Origin: Longimicrobiaceae bacterium | Lineage (GTDB): Bacteria > Gemmatimonadota > Gemmatimonadetes > Longimicrobiales > Longimicrobiaceae | DNA: 64,000 nt | Assembly: GCA_036389055.1 (NCBI GenBank) | Contig: DASVQR010000021.1 | Location: 20,750 to 84,749 of the forward strand | Direction: 5' to 3' | Shown here: one piece after another, positions 1-8,845 of the stretch | How the letters are laid out: every line of letters begins with the position of its first letter | How positions within the stretch are numbered: the stretch's first letter is position 1 | Translations under genes and position numbers: made by a program | The notes under the pieces: model-generated | What the model saw: only the letters and a program-made list of their open reading frames with translations | What the model was told of the DNA's origin: nothing | Database searches by the model: none

Positions 1-525
1 CGAGCGCCCCGCCCCGGTCACCCCGGAGGCCGCGTTGACGATCGCCGGCCCGGCGAGCAGCCCGGCCCGCAGCAGCGGCGCCAGCGCCAGGATCGCGGCC
101 GTCGGGTAGCAGCCGGGGTTCGCCACCAGCCGCGCCCCCGCGATGCACCCCCGGTGCAGCTCCGGGAGCCCGTAGACCGCGCCCCGCGCCCACTCGGGCG
201 TCGCCGCGCCCTGCACCCGCAGGTCGGCGGACAGGTCCACCACCCGGGCCCCCGCGGCCAGCGCCCGCTCCGCCCACGCCGCCGACTCGCCGTGCGGCAG
301 GCACGAGAGGACCACGTCGCACCCGGCCAGGTCGGCGTCCTCGGCGCGCACCAGCGCCGTGTCCGGCGCCGCGCGGTCCAGGGAGCGCAGGGGGCGGCCA
401 GCCTCGCTCTGCGAGGTGGCGAAGGCGATCTCCACCCGGGGGTGGCGGGCAAGAAGGCGGACGGCCTCGCGCCCGGTGTAACCGTTGGCTCCGAGTACGC
501 CCGCCCTCACGGTGCGGCTATTCAT
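1..525 (-). CDS. argC: N-acetyl-gamma-glutamyl-phosphate reductase, N-terminal part (open at left edge)
   Basis: Own translation of the minus strand from the ATG (complement of 523-525): MNSRTVRAGVLGANGYTGREAVRLLARHPRVEIAFATSQSE...LVANPGCYPTAAILALAPLL. It shows the GxxGYxG NAD-binding start and the PGCYPT active-site Cys motif of ArgC. It is absent from the ORF track because it is open-ended. Confidence 0.85.
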   Translation of the reverse strand, partial: MNSRTVRAGVLGANGYTGREAVRLLARHPRVEIAFATSQSEAGRPLRSLDRAAPDTALVRAEDADLAGCDVVLSCLPHGESAAWAERALAAGARVVDLSADLRVQGAATPEWARGAVYGLPELHRGCIAGARLVANPGCYPTAAILALAPLLRAGLLAGPAIVNAASGVTGAGRS

Positions 526-680
526 GCGGTTGAATTTATATCCATAAAGCGGATTGTCAACCGGCCGGATGCATTTTTATCCACTTTCGTCCGCTTCGGC
601 TCGTTGCCCGTCCGGAGGCACGGGCATAGAATGCGCGGACACCCGGGGCACGCGGCGGACACCGGAAAACGGAGAGGACG

Positions 681-1487
681 ATGGCGGGCGGCGACGGCGG
701 GGCGTGGGAGTACGCGGGAAAGTGGGCGCTGGTGACGGGCGCGTCCTCCGGCATCGGGGAGGCGCTCGCGCGCGCGCTCGCGGCGCGGGGGATGAACGTG
801 GCGCTCGCCGCGCGCCGGGAGGAGCTGCTGCGGCGGCTGGCGGAGGAGCTGCGGCGTGAATACCTGGTGCAGGCGGAGGTGCTCCCGGCGGACCTGGGGA
901 AGCCGGCGGCGGCGGGGGTGCTCTGGATCGAGGCGACGGACGGGCGGGAGGTCCACCTGCTGGTCAACAACGCCGGCTTCGGGCTCAAGGGGCGCTTCGA
1001 CGCGCTCCCGCTGGAGCGGCAGGCGGAGATGGTGCGCCTCAACTGCACGGCGCTGATGGAGCTGACGCACCTGGCGCTCCCGGCCATGCGGGAGCGGCGC
1101 GCCGGCGGCATCGTCAACGTGGCCTCCGTCGCCGCCTTCCAGCCCATCCCCGACCTTGCGGTCTACGCGGCGAGCAAGGCGTTCGTGCTTTCGCTCACCC
1201 AGGCGGTGGCGGAGGAGTGCCGCGGCAGCGGCGTGCGCGTGCTGGCGCTCTGCCCCGGCCCGGTCGCCACGGGGTTCCAGGACGTGGCGGGGACGCAGGT
1301 GTCGCAGCGCACCCCGGGGATCATGACCGCGGAGGAGGTGGTGGAGGCGACGCTGCGGGCGCTGGAGGCGGGGGAGAACACCGTGGTCCCCGGCGCGCTC
1401 AACCGCCTGGGCACCATCGCCGGGCGGATGTTCCCGCGCTCGCTGGTGGTGCGCGCGGCGAAGACGGTGATGAAGCGGATGCGGTAG
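681..1487 (+). CDS. short-chain dehydrogenase/reductase (SDR) family oxidoreductase
   Basis: 268-aa ORF with the classical SDR motifs LVTGASSGIGEA (cofactor), NNAG and YAASKAF (catalytic Tyr/Lys). Confidence 0.9.
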   Translation: MAGGDGGAWEYAGKWALVTGASSGIGEALARALAARGMNVALAARREELLRRLAEELRREYLVQAEVLPADLGKPAAAGVLWIEATDGREVHLLVNNAGFGLKGRFDALPLERQAEMVRLNCTALMELTHLALPAMRERRAGGIVNVASVAAFQPIPDLAVYAASKAFVLSLTQAVAEECRGSGVRVLALCPGPVATGFQDVAGTQVSQRTPGIMTAEEVVEATLRALEAGENTVVPGALNRLGTIAGRMFPRSLVVRAAKTVMKRMR

Positions 1488-1490
1488 CTG

Positions 1491-2467
1491 GTGACTATGA
1501 CCCTCTACACAATTGCGAACCCCCGCGGCAGCGTCCTGGCGTACTTGTCAGCCATTCAAGAGCCTGACCCCGTCAAACGAGAAAGCCAGTTCATCGCCTG
1601 GGCTTCCGACCAAGATCCTTCCAAGACCTTCGATTCTGAACAGATCTTCGCAGACGTCAACGGAGAACTGGAATTTGACTTGGAATTTTTGGCTTTAATC
1701 TTCACGAAGCTGGGATGGATGCCTCAGTACGTTTGTGGGCTCCTCATTGAAACGGCGCAAGAACTTGAGGCGAACAAACTGGTTCGATCAACAAACGGAA
1801 CTGGTTTCTCCATCTCTGAGCTCGGCTTGGAACTCTATGGTTCCGGCTTCTACCCACGCTATCTGAAAGCACTCTCGGCCAAGGCCGAGTACTGGAAAGA
1901 CCGAAACGTAAAAATCTGCGGCGAGGCCAACATCGGGTCTGGCTTCTTTGCTTCCAAGAACGCAATCGTCACCTGCAAGCACGTCGTATCGGATCTAGAT
2001 TATTGCTTCAACCTTCTGGGAGAAGATGGAAAGACCTATTCAGTCGCAGGATCGAAACGCATCCGACACTAGATCTCGCCATAATAAGAACAGGGGAGTC
2101 GTTTGAGCGAATCCCGATGCAGATTGAAGCGGATGTCTCGATTGCGGAAAGGGCGCTCGTGTACGGCTACCCGCCAGTTCCCCTCACGAGGGATGCCTTT
2201 CTCGTGTGCAGCGTTGGTGAGATCAGTAGCAAAGTGGTCACTTATTTCGACAGCACAGAGTACCTAGTGCTCTCCTGCCTTATTCGGCCAGGCAATAGTG
2301 GTGGTCCCGTTCTCAACGAAAATGGGGCGGTAGTGGGAGTAATCACTCAAAACTTCCTCAACCAGCTACCCTCCGAAGGGATGCCTGGCGCAGGTAGTGT
2401 CGATCTGCACAAGGGACTAGGATTCGCGGCGGCAATTCCAGCAAAGCACTTGCTTTCGTTCGTGTAG
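1491..2467 (+). pseudogene. trypsin-like (S1) serine protease with a roughly 140-aa N-terminal domain, interrupted by a frameshift
   Basis: Two overlapping ORFs (1491-2072 and 2003-2467) jointly encode one protease. The His is in IVTCKHVV (first ORF). The Asp in HPTLDLAII and the Ser in RPGNSGGPV are in the second ORF. The frame switch is near 2045-2060. The segment is about 47-57% G+C in lines I counted, against over 70% in the flanks. Confidence 0.7.
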
Positions 2468-2556
2468 GTCTCGATTGGGGAGAATACGGCCTGCCAGGTA
2501 GCCAAGCTCTGGGCTTTCGAACGTGGACAGCTATCGACCACTCGCGGGAGTATAGC

Positions 2557-4221
2557 ATGGCCTTCCTCCAGGACGCGCCGCGGCTCGGCAACCAGTACGA
2601 CGAGGACCGCGCCTTCCGCTCGCTCCTCGCCCGCGTGCTCCCGCCGGAGGTGCTGCGCGACGTGGAGCCGTCGCTCCGGGAGATGGGCCGCATCTCGGCC
2701 GAGCTGTACCCGGCGCAGCTCGCCGACCGCCTCAACGAGCCGCGCCTCGTGCAGTACAGCGCCTGGGGCGAGCGCATCGACGCCATCGAGCCGACGCCGC
2801 TCTGGCGCGAGGCGGAGCGGATCGCCGCGGAGCACGGCGTGGTGGCGACCGCCTACGAGCGGGCGCACGGCCGCTGGTCGCGCGTGCACCAGTTCGCGCT
2901 GGCCTACCTCTTCACCCCGTCCACCGACATCTACTCCTGCCCGCTTGCGATGACGGACGGCGCCGCGCGCACCCTGATGGCCTCCGGCAACCGGGAGCTG
3001 GCGGAGCGCGCCGTGCCCCGCCTGACCACGCGCGACCCGGCGCGGTTCTGGACCAGCGGGCAGTGGATGACGGAGACCACGGGCGGCTCCGACGTGGGCC
3101 GCTCGGAGACCGTCGCGCGGCGGGACGCGGACGGGACGTGGCGATTGTACGGGCGGAAGTGGTTCACCTCGGCCGCCGCGTCGCAGGTGGCGCTGACGCT
3201 GGCGCGGCCGGAGGGGAACGGGCCGGGCGGCAGGGGGCTGGCGCTGTTCTACGTGGAGACGCGCGACGCGGAGGGGCGGCTGCGGGGGATCCGCGTGGAC
3301 CGGCTCAAGGACAAGCTGGGGACGCGCAAGCTCCCCACCGCCGAGCTGACGCTGGACGGGACCCCCGCCATCCCCGTCGGCGGGCTGGACAACGGGGTGC
3401 GGAGCATCGCGCCGATGCTGAACGTGACCCGCGCCTGGAACGCGGTGAGCGCCGTGGCGCTGATGCGGCGCGGCATCGCCCTGGCGCGCGACTACGCCCG
3501 GCGGCGCATGGCGTTCGGCGCGCCGCTGGCGGAGCAGCCGCTGCACGTGGACACGCTGGCCGGGCTCCAGGCGGAATTCGAGGGCGCGCTGCACCTCACC
3601 TTCCGCACCGTGGAGCTGCTGGGCGCGGCGGAGGCGGGCGAGGCGTCGGACGACGAGCTGCGGCTGCTGCGCGTGCTCACGCCGCTCGCCAAGCTGACCA
3701 CCGCGCGCCAGTCGGTGGCCGTGGCCAGCGAGGTGGTGGAGGCGTTCGGGGGCGCGGGGTACGTGGAGGACACCGGCATCCCCGTGCTGCTGCGCGACTC
3801 GCAGGTGCTCTCCATCTGGGAGGGGACCACCAACGTGCTGTCGCTGGACGCGCTGCGGGCCCTGGAGTCCGCCGGCGGCGTGGCACCGGTGCGCGCCGAG
3901 CTGGAGCGCTGCGCCGCCGCCGTCCGCGACCCGGGGCTCTCCGCCGTGGCGGGGCAGGCGCTCGCCGCCGCCGGCCGCGCCGCGGAGTGGCTGGCGCATG
4001 CGTCCGGCGCCGGGCGGGAGCCCGTCGAGGCCGGGGCGCGCCGCTTCGCCCTGACGCTGGGGCGCGCGCTGGAGGCCGCGCTCCTCGCCCGCCACGCGCA
4101 GTGGGCCGCGGACGCCGGGGGCGGACGCGCCGAAGCGGCCGCGGCCCGCCGGCTGTCCGCGAACGGCCTGGACCTTCTCGCCGCCGTGGACCCGGCGGAC
4201 TCGCACGCGCTGCTGGAGTAG
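2557..4221 (+). CDS. AidB-like acyl-CoA dehydrogenase family protein
   Basis: 554-aa ORF with DAPRLGNQYDEDRAF at the N-terminus, plus WMTETTGGSDVG and KWFTSAA motifs typical of the AidB/acyl-CoA dehydrogenase family. Confidence 0.85.
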   Translation: MAFLQDAPRLGNQYDEDRAFRSLLARVLPPEVLRDVEPSLREMGRISAELYPAQLADRLNEPRLVQYSAWGERIDAIEPTPLWREAERIAAEHGVVATAYERAHGRWSRVHQFALAYLFTPSTDIYSCPLAMTDGAARTLMASGNRELAERAVPRLTTRDPARFWTSGQWMTETTGGSDVGRSETVARRDADGTWRLYGRKWFTSAAASQVALTLARPEGNGPGGRGLALFYVETRDAEGRLRGIRVDRLKDKLGTRKLPTAELTLDGTPAIPVGGLDNGVRSIAPMLNVTRAWNAVSAVALMRRGIALARDYARRRMAFGAPLAEQPLHVDTLAGLQAEFEGALHLTFRTVELLGAAEAGEASDDELRLLRVLTPLAKLTTARQSVAVASEVVEAFGGAGYVEDTGIPVLLRDSQVLSIWEGTTNVLSLDALRALESAGGVAPVRAELERCAAAVRDPGLSAVAGQALAAAGRAAEWLAHASGAGREPVEAGARRFALTLGRALEAALLARHAQWAADAGGGRAEAAAARRLSANGLDLLAAVDPADSHALLE

Positions 4222-4314
4222 CCGGCGCCGGCGCTTGCCGTCCACGGATCTTCGGTGTATGTTCGCCCCGCCGCACCCTCCCGTTGGTCTTCACCCTTTG
4301 CAGTGGAGGTCCCC

Positions 4315-4803
4315 ATGGCATCCGAGGCACCCGCTTCCGCCGCCCCCGTCATCACCCCCGAGGCGCTGCTGAAGCACTGGCAGGGCCACCGGGCGCTCAC
4401 CCGCCGCGTGATCGAGGCGTTCCCCGAGGACCAGCTCTTCAGCTTCTCCATCGGCGGGATGCGCACCTTCGGCGATCTCGCCTGGGAGTTCTTCCAGGTG
4501 GGCCTCCCCACCCTCCGCGGCGTGGTCACGGGCGAGTGGACCTCCCCCGAGGCGGAGAAGCCCACCACCAGGGCCGAGCTGCTCCGCCTGTGGGACGCGG
4601 ACACCGCGGAGATCGACCGGCTCTGGGCCCAGATCCCGCCGGGCCGCTTCCAGGAGACCGACACCGCGTTCGGCCAGTGGACGATGCCGGTGCACGACCT
4701 GCTCCTCTACGGCATCGACAACGAGATCCACCACCGCGGCCAGGGCTACGTGTACCTGCGCGCCCTGGGCGTGGAGCCGCCGCCCTTCTACGAGCGGGGC
4801 TGA
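4315..4803 (+). CDS. DinB family protein
   Basis: Tail of ORF 4255-4803. I chose ATG 4315 because GGAGG lies 5 nt upstream. The DinB-like helical bundle has the C-terminal IHHRGQGYVYLRALG His motif. Confidence 0.8.
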   Translation: MASEAPASAAPVITPEALLKHWQGHRALTRRVIEAFPEDQLFSFSIGGMRTFGDLAWEFFQVGLPTLRGVVTGEWTSPEAEKPTTRAELLRLWDADTAEIDRLWAQIPPGRFQETDTAFGQWTMPVHDLLLYGIDNEIHHRGQGYVYLRALGVEPPPFYERG

Positions 4804-4847
4804 CGCCGCCGGGATCCCGGATCCCGTTCCGACCGAGAAGCCGCACC

Positions 4848-4879
4848 GCACCGGCCGACGGATCCCCGTCGGCCGGTGC
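4848..4879 (+). terminator. perfect 14-bp stem hairpin downstream of the DinB gene
   Basis: GCACCGGCCGACGG-atcc-CCGTCGGCCGGTGC, 45 nt after the stop. There is no U-tract, which is common in high-GC genomes. Confidence 0.5.
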
Positions 4880-4966
4880 GCTCGTACAGGGGGTCAGCAC
4901 GGCGGCGGCGCGCGGCTTGCGCCCGGAGATCGCGACCCCGACCCACCGCCACCCGAGCCCAGAGCG

Positions 4967-5461
4967 ATGTCCATCCACCGAGTGGAGCCCGGCCCCGGGC
5001 AGGAGTCCGTGTGGGACTACCCGCGCCCGCCCCGCATCGAGCCCGCCGCCCGCCGGCTGCGCGTGGTGCTGGGCGGCGTCGTGATCGCGGAGACGCACCG
5101 GGGGATCCGGGTGCTGGAGACCTCTCACCCGCCCGTCTACTACTTCCCGCCCGAGGACGTGCTCCCCGGGGCGCTCCGCGAGGCGCGGGGGAGCTCGCTG
5201 TGCGAGTGGAAGGGGCTGGCCCGCTACTGGGACGTGGAGGGCGGCGGCGTGCTGCGGCCGCGCGGGGCCTGGAGCTACCCGGCCCCGCTCCCGGAGTACG
5301 AGCTGCTCCGCGACCACGTCGCCTTCTATCCCGCGGCGATGGACGAGTGCACGGTGGACGGCGAGCGCGCGCTGCCGCAGCCGGGCGGCTTCTACGGCGG
5401 GTGGATCACCTCGCGCGTGGCGGGGCCGTTCAAGGGGGAGCCCGGCAGCGAGGGGTGGTGA
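4967..5461 (+). CDS. DUF427 domain-containing protein
   Basis: 164-aa ORF. WDYPRPPRIEP, ETSHPPVYYFP, CEWKGLARYW and AFYP match the DUF427 pattern as I remember it. Confidence 0.8.
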   Translation: MSIHRVEPGPGQESVWDYPRPPRIEPAARRLRVVLGGVVIAETHRGIRVLETSHPPVYYFPPEDVLPGALREARGSSLCEWKGLARYWDVEGGGVLRPRGAWSYPAPLPEYELLRDHVAFYPAAMDECTVDGERALPQPGGFYGGWITSRVAGPFKGEPGSEGW

Positions 5462-5696
5462 CCGTGGACGGCGGCCGGGCCCGGCGGGATCCGTGCGCGC
5501 GCGCCGAACTCCCGTGCCCGCCGGACGTTGCTTTGCCGGCACCCCCGGGGTAAGTTTCCAGGTTCCGGAACCATGCGGGGGAATGGATGTTGCGGCCGGT
5601 GAGCCGGATTCATCGGCACGCCCCTGCCGCTCCGGAGCGAAGCTGCGCCTAACTGGACACGGGGGACGGGTCCGGCCCTCCCCGGGAAGAAGGGAT

Positions 5697-6833
5697 ATGA
5701 GCGAAAGCTCCACGCAGGACGGGGCCGCCACCTACGGGTACGCGCCGGGCGGCAAGGACAACGGAGTCGTCAAGAGCAAGGGCAAGCCCACCCTCCACCT
5801 GGCCGACGGGAGCGAGGGGATCCCCATCCGCGCCCGCAAGCCCGAGTGGCTCAAGGTCAGGGCGCCGGGCGGGCCCAACTACCTGCGCCTCCAGAAGCTG
5901 ATGCGCGAGCAGCGGCTGCACACGGTGTGCGAGGAGGCCCACTGCCCCAACATCGGCGAGTGCTGGGAGAGCGGCACCGCCACCTTCATCATCCTGGGCG
6001 ACGTGTGCACCCGCGCCTGCAAGTACTGCGCGGTCGCCCACGGCATGCCCACCGAGCTGGACTGGGACGAGCCGCGCCGGGTCACCGACAGCGTGGAGAC
6101 CATGGGGCTGGAGCACGTGGTGATCACCTCGGTGAACCGCGACGAGCTGGCCGACGGCGGCGCCGCCATCTACGCCGAGACCATCCGCCAGATCCGCGAG
6201 CGGGTGCCGGGGTGCTCCATCGAGGTGCTGATCCCCGACTTCCGCGGCCGCGAGGACGCCATCCGCACCGTGGTGGAGTCGCGCCCGGAGATCCTGGCCC
6301 ACAACATCGACACGGTGGAGCGGCTGATGCGCGCCCTCCGCCCGGGCGGCAAGTACTGGCGCTCCATCTCGCTGCTGGGGGCGGTCAAGCGGATGAACCC
6401 CGACCAGCTCACCAAGAGCGCCATCATCCTGGGGATGGGGGAGACGGAGGAGGAGATCTACACCTCCATGAAGGACCTGCGCGAGGCCGCGGTGGACATC
6501 CTGACGCTGGGGCAGTACCTGCGCCCCTCGCAGCACCACGTGCCGCTGGACCGCTGGGTGACGCCCGAGGAGTTCCGCCGCTGGAAGGAGATCGGCGAGA
6601 GCGAGCTGGGCTTCCGCCACGTGGAGGCGGGCCCGCTGGTGCGCTCCTCGTACCACGCCAAGGAGCAGGCGCGCGAGGTGGAGGCCGGCGGCCCCGGCAG
6701 CATCACCCAGATCCTGGACGCGGACCTGGACCCCGAGGTCCGCATCGACGCCGGGGAGGCCGCCGCGCGCGCCGCCCTGGTGGCGATGCCCCCCGTGCAG
6801 CCGAAGCAGCTGGTGCAGATCGGGAGCCTGTAG
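5697..6833 (+). CDS. lipA: lipoyl synthase
   Basis: Carries the CPNIGECW and CTRACKYC Cys clusters. ATG 5697 is preceded by GAAGAAGGGA. The upstream part of ORF 5493-6833 is Arg/Pro-rich and was not accepted. There is a roughly 60-aa C-terminal extension. Confidence 0.95.
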   Translation: MSESSTQDGAATYGYAPGGKDNGVVKSKGKPTLHLADGSEGIPIRARKPEWLKVRAPGGPNYLRLQKLMREQRLHTVCEEAHCPNIGECWESGTATFIILGDVCTRACKYCAVAHGMPTELDWDEPRRVTDSVETMGLEHVVITSVNRDELADGGAAIYAETIRQIRERVPGCSIEVLIPDFRGREDAIRTVVESRPEILAHNIDTVERLMRALRPGGKYWRSISLLGAVKRMNPDQLTKSAIILGMGETEEEIYTSMKDLREAAVDILTLGQYLRPSQHHVPLDRWVTPEEFRRWKEIGESELGFRHVEAGPLVRSSYHAKEQAREVEAGGPGSITQILDADLDPEVRIDAGEAAARAALVAMPPVQPKQLVQIGSL

Positions 6834-6853
6834 ACCACGGGAGCGCCGCGGCC

Positions 6854-7447
6854 ATGACCACCACGTACACGCCGACCCTGCCGCCGGAGGAGTACCTCGT
6901 CCGGGAGCGCGCCGCGGAGTACCGGAGCGAATTCCTGGCCGGCGGCGTCCGGGCCATGACGGGGGCGAGCCGGAGGCACAACCGGATCGCCATGAACGTC
7001 GGGGTGCTGCTGCACGCGCAGCTCCGCGGCGGGCCGTGCGAGCCGTTCATGAGCGACATGCGGGTGAAGGTGGAGCGCACCGGGGCGTACTTCTACCCGG
7101 ACGTGGTGGTGGCCTGCGGGGACTCGCGCCTGGAGGACGAGCACGAGGACACGCTGCTGAACCCGGTGCTGATCGTGGAGGTGCTGTCCCCCTCCACGGC
7201 GGACTACGACCACACCGCCAAGTGGGAGCACTACCGTCGCATCCCGACGCTGCTGGACTACCTGCTCCTGAGCCAGGACGAGCCGCGCGTGGAGCGCTAC
7301 GCGCGCCAGTCGGAGGGGCTCTGGCTGTTCAGCGAAACGAACGGGCTGGACGGAATACTGCAGCTGGAGTCCATCGGCTGCACGCTCGCCCTGAGCGAGG
7401 CTTACGAACGGGTGCTCCCCAGCGGAGCGTCCGTTCACCCTGAATAG
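6854..7447 (+). CDS. Uma2 (DUF820) family endonuclease
   Basis: C-terminal 197 aa of ORF 5846-7447, starting at MTTTYTPTLPPEEYL. It has the YRSEF, PDVVV and EVLSPST restriction-endonuclease-like motifs. Confidence 0.8.
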   Translation: MTTTYTPTLPPEEYLVRERAAEYRSEFLAGGVRAMTGASRRHNRIAMNVGVLLHAQLRGGPCEPFMSDMRVKVERTGAYFYPDVVVACGDSRLEDEHEDTLLNPVLIVEVLSPSTADYDHTAKWEHYRRIPTLLDYLLLSQDEPRVERYARQSEGLWLFSETNGLDGILQLESIGCTLALSEAYERVLPSGASVHPE

Positions 7448-7472
7448 ATTCGCCAACGTCCGGACCAACACG

Positions 7473-8648
7473 ATGGCAGAGACCAAGACCAAGAAGAGCG
7501 AGGCCCGGCCCGAGCCGCGGGAAGACCACGCGCAGCCCGAGGAGGGCGAGGTCGGCAGCGGCGGCGGCGGAGAGGGCCCCGACCGCAGCTGGCAGCAGGC
7601 GGAAAAGGACGACTCCGCCGACGCCGAGCTGCTGCGCACGCTCCCGAAGGAGCAGCTGCGGCGGATGATGTACGACATGCTCCTGGCGCGCCGCTTCGAG
7701 GAAAAGGCGGCCGAGGCGTACGCCCTGGGCAAGATCGGCGGCTTCTGCCACCTGTACATCGGGCAGGAGGCGGTGGCGGTGGGCGCGATCCACGCGCTGA
7801 ACCCCGAGGACTACGTGATGACGGCGTACCGCGAGCACGTGCACGCGATCCAGAAGGGGATCGAGCCCGGGCCGGTGATGGCCGAGCTGTACGGCCGCCG
7901 CGACGGGTGCTCCGCCGGCAAGGGCGGCTCCATGCACATGTTCTCGGCCGAGCACAACTACATGGGCGGCCACGGCATCGTCGGCGGGCAGATCCCGCTG
8001 GCGCTGGGGATCGCCTGGGCGATCAAGTACCGCGGCGAGAAGCGGGTGATGCAGGTGTACTGCGGCGAGGCCGCGGTGAACCAGGGCGCCTTCCACGAGT
8101 CGCTGAACATGGCGGCGCTCTGGAAGCTGCCGCTGGTGCTGATCGTGGAGAACAACCGCTTCGGCATGGGCACCGCCTGGGAGCGCGCCTCGTCGCTGTA
8201 CGACATCTCGCAGAAGGCCAGCGCCTACGCCATGCCCGCCGCCATCGCGGACGGCATGGACGTGCTGGACATGTACCGCGTGATGAACGAGGCCGCCGAG
8301 CGCGCCCGCTCCGGCGAGGGCCCCACGCTGATCGAGGCGCGCACCTACCGCTTCGTCGGCCACTCCATGTCCGACCCGGTCTCCGGCGTGTACCGCACCA
8401 AGGAGGACGTGGAGCGCGAGAAGCAGAAGGACCCCATCCGCATCTTCGCCGACCTGCTGGCCCGCGAGAACATCCTCTCGCAGGAGGAGCTGGAGAAGAT
8501 GGACGAGGAGGTCAAGCGCGTCTCCGAGGAAGCCGCCGACTTCGCCGACAAGTCGCCGGAGCCCGACCTGGACCAGTTGTACACGGACATCTACTCCACG
8601 GAAGACGTGGCCGGGCGGCTGTACTTCGACGGACGAGGGAACAGGTAA
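7473..8648 (+). CDS. pdhA: pyruvate dehydrogenase E1 component, alpha subunit
   Basis: 391-aa ORF with YREH, GGHGIVGGQIPLALG and VNQGAFHESLNMAALWKLPLVLIVENNRFGMGT (ThDP-binding E1-alpha). It has a roughly 55-aa low-complexity N-terminal extension. Confidence 0.95.
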   Translation: MAETKTKKSEARPEPREDHAQPEEGEVGSGGGGEGPDRSWQQAEKDDSADAELLRTLPKEQLRRMMYDMLLARRFEEKAAEAYALGKIGGFCHLYIGQEAVAVGAIHALNPEDYVMTAYREHVHAIQKGIEPGPVMAELYGRRDGCSAGKGGSMHMFSAEHNYMGGHGIVGGQIPLALGIAWAIKYRGEKRVMQVYCGEAAVNQGAFHESLNMAALWKLPLVLIVENNRFGMGTAWERASSLYDISQKASAYAMPAAIADGMDVLDMYRVMNEAAERARSGEGPTLIEARTYRFVGHSMSDPVSGVYRTKEDVEREKQKDPIRIFADLLARENILSQEELEKMDEEVKRVSEEAADFADKSPEPDLDQLYTDIYSTEDVAGRLYFDGRGNR

Positions 8649-8830
8649 CAGGGAACAGGGAACAGCCTGCAACTGCGGGCACCCTGCCGGTGGATCGTCG
8701 TTGAGTTAGGGATCGTAACCCGAAGGGCGGAGACCCGCGGGGCAGTTTCCGCGGGGCTCCGTTCTGCTGGACACGGTAGTTTCGTGTCCAGCAGAATAGA
8801 GCCCGACCCGGCCGCAGGCCGGGGAACTCC
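8637..8830. repeat. composite intergenic repeat: (GGGRACA)x4 tract + GCCTGCAAC box + multi-hairpin family-B element (8704-8830)
   Basis: The heptamers GGGAACA/GGTAACA/GGGAACA/GGGAACA at 8637-8664 contain the pdhA TAA stop. The downstream element aligns with the copies at 11414, 13985, 18877 and 39735. Confidence 0.8.
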
Positions 8831-8845
8831 CAAATACAGATCGAA

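Noticed and set aside
1491-2467. Reading the two low-GC ORFs as two separate genes (an unknown protein plus a short protease).
   Set aside because: The catalytic His lies in the first ORF and the Asp and Ser in the second. The ORFs overlap by 70 nt in adjacent frames, so a single disrupted gene is the simpler explanation.
2347-4245. 632-aa minus-strand ORF, together with the 673-aa plus-strand ORF 3063-5084 and ORFs 3492-4664 and 3677-4330, overlapping the acyl-CoA dehydrogenase gene.
   Set aside because: They are extremely Arg/Pro/Gly/Ala-rich and low-complexity, and they lie antisense or out of frame to a gene with clear family motifs. This is the typical open-frame artefact of DNA above 70% GC.
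5493-5696. N-terminal 68 codons of the lipA ORF as listed in the track.
   Set aside because: They are Arg/Pro-rich and have no similarity to LipA N-termini. An ATG at 5697 with a purine-rich RBS gives a normal LipA start.
8704-8830. Family-B elements as tRNA or tRNA-like genes, because of multiple stems and conserved ends.
   Set aside because: There is no cloverleaf with a 7-nt anticodon loop, no T-loop GTTCRANYC and no acceptor-stem pairing. The copies differ in the central stem, unlike tRNA paralogs.
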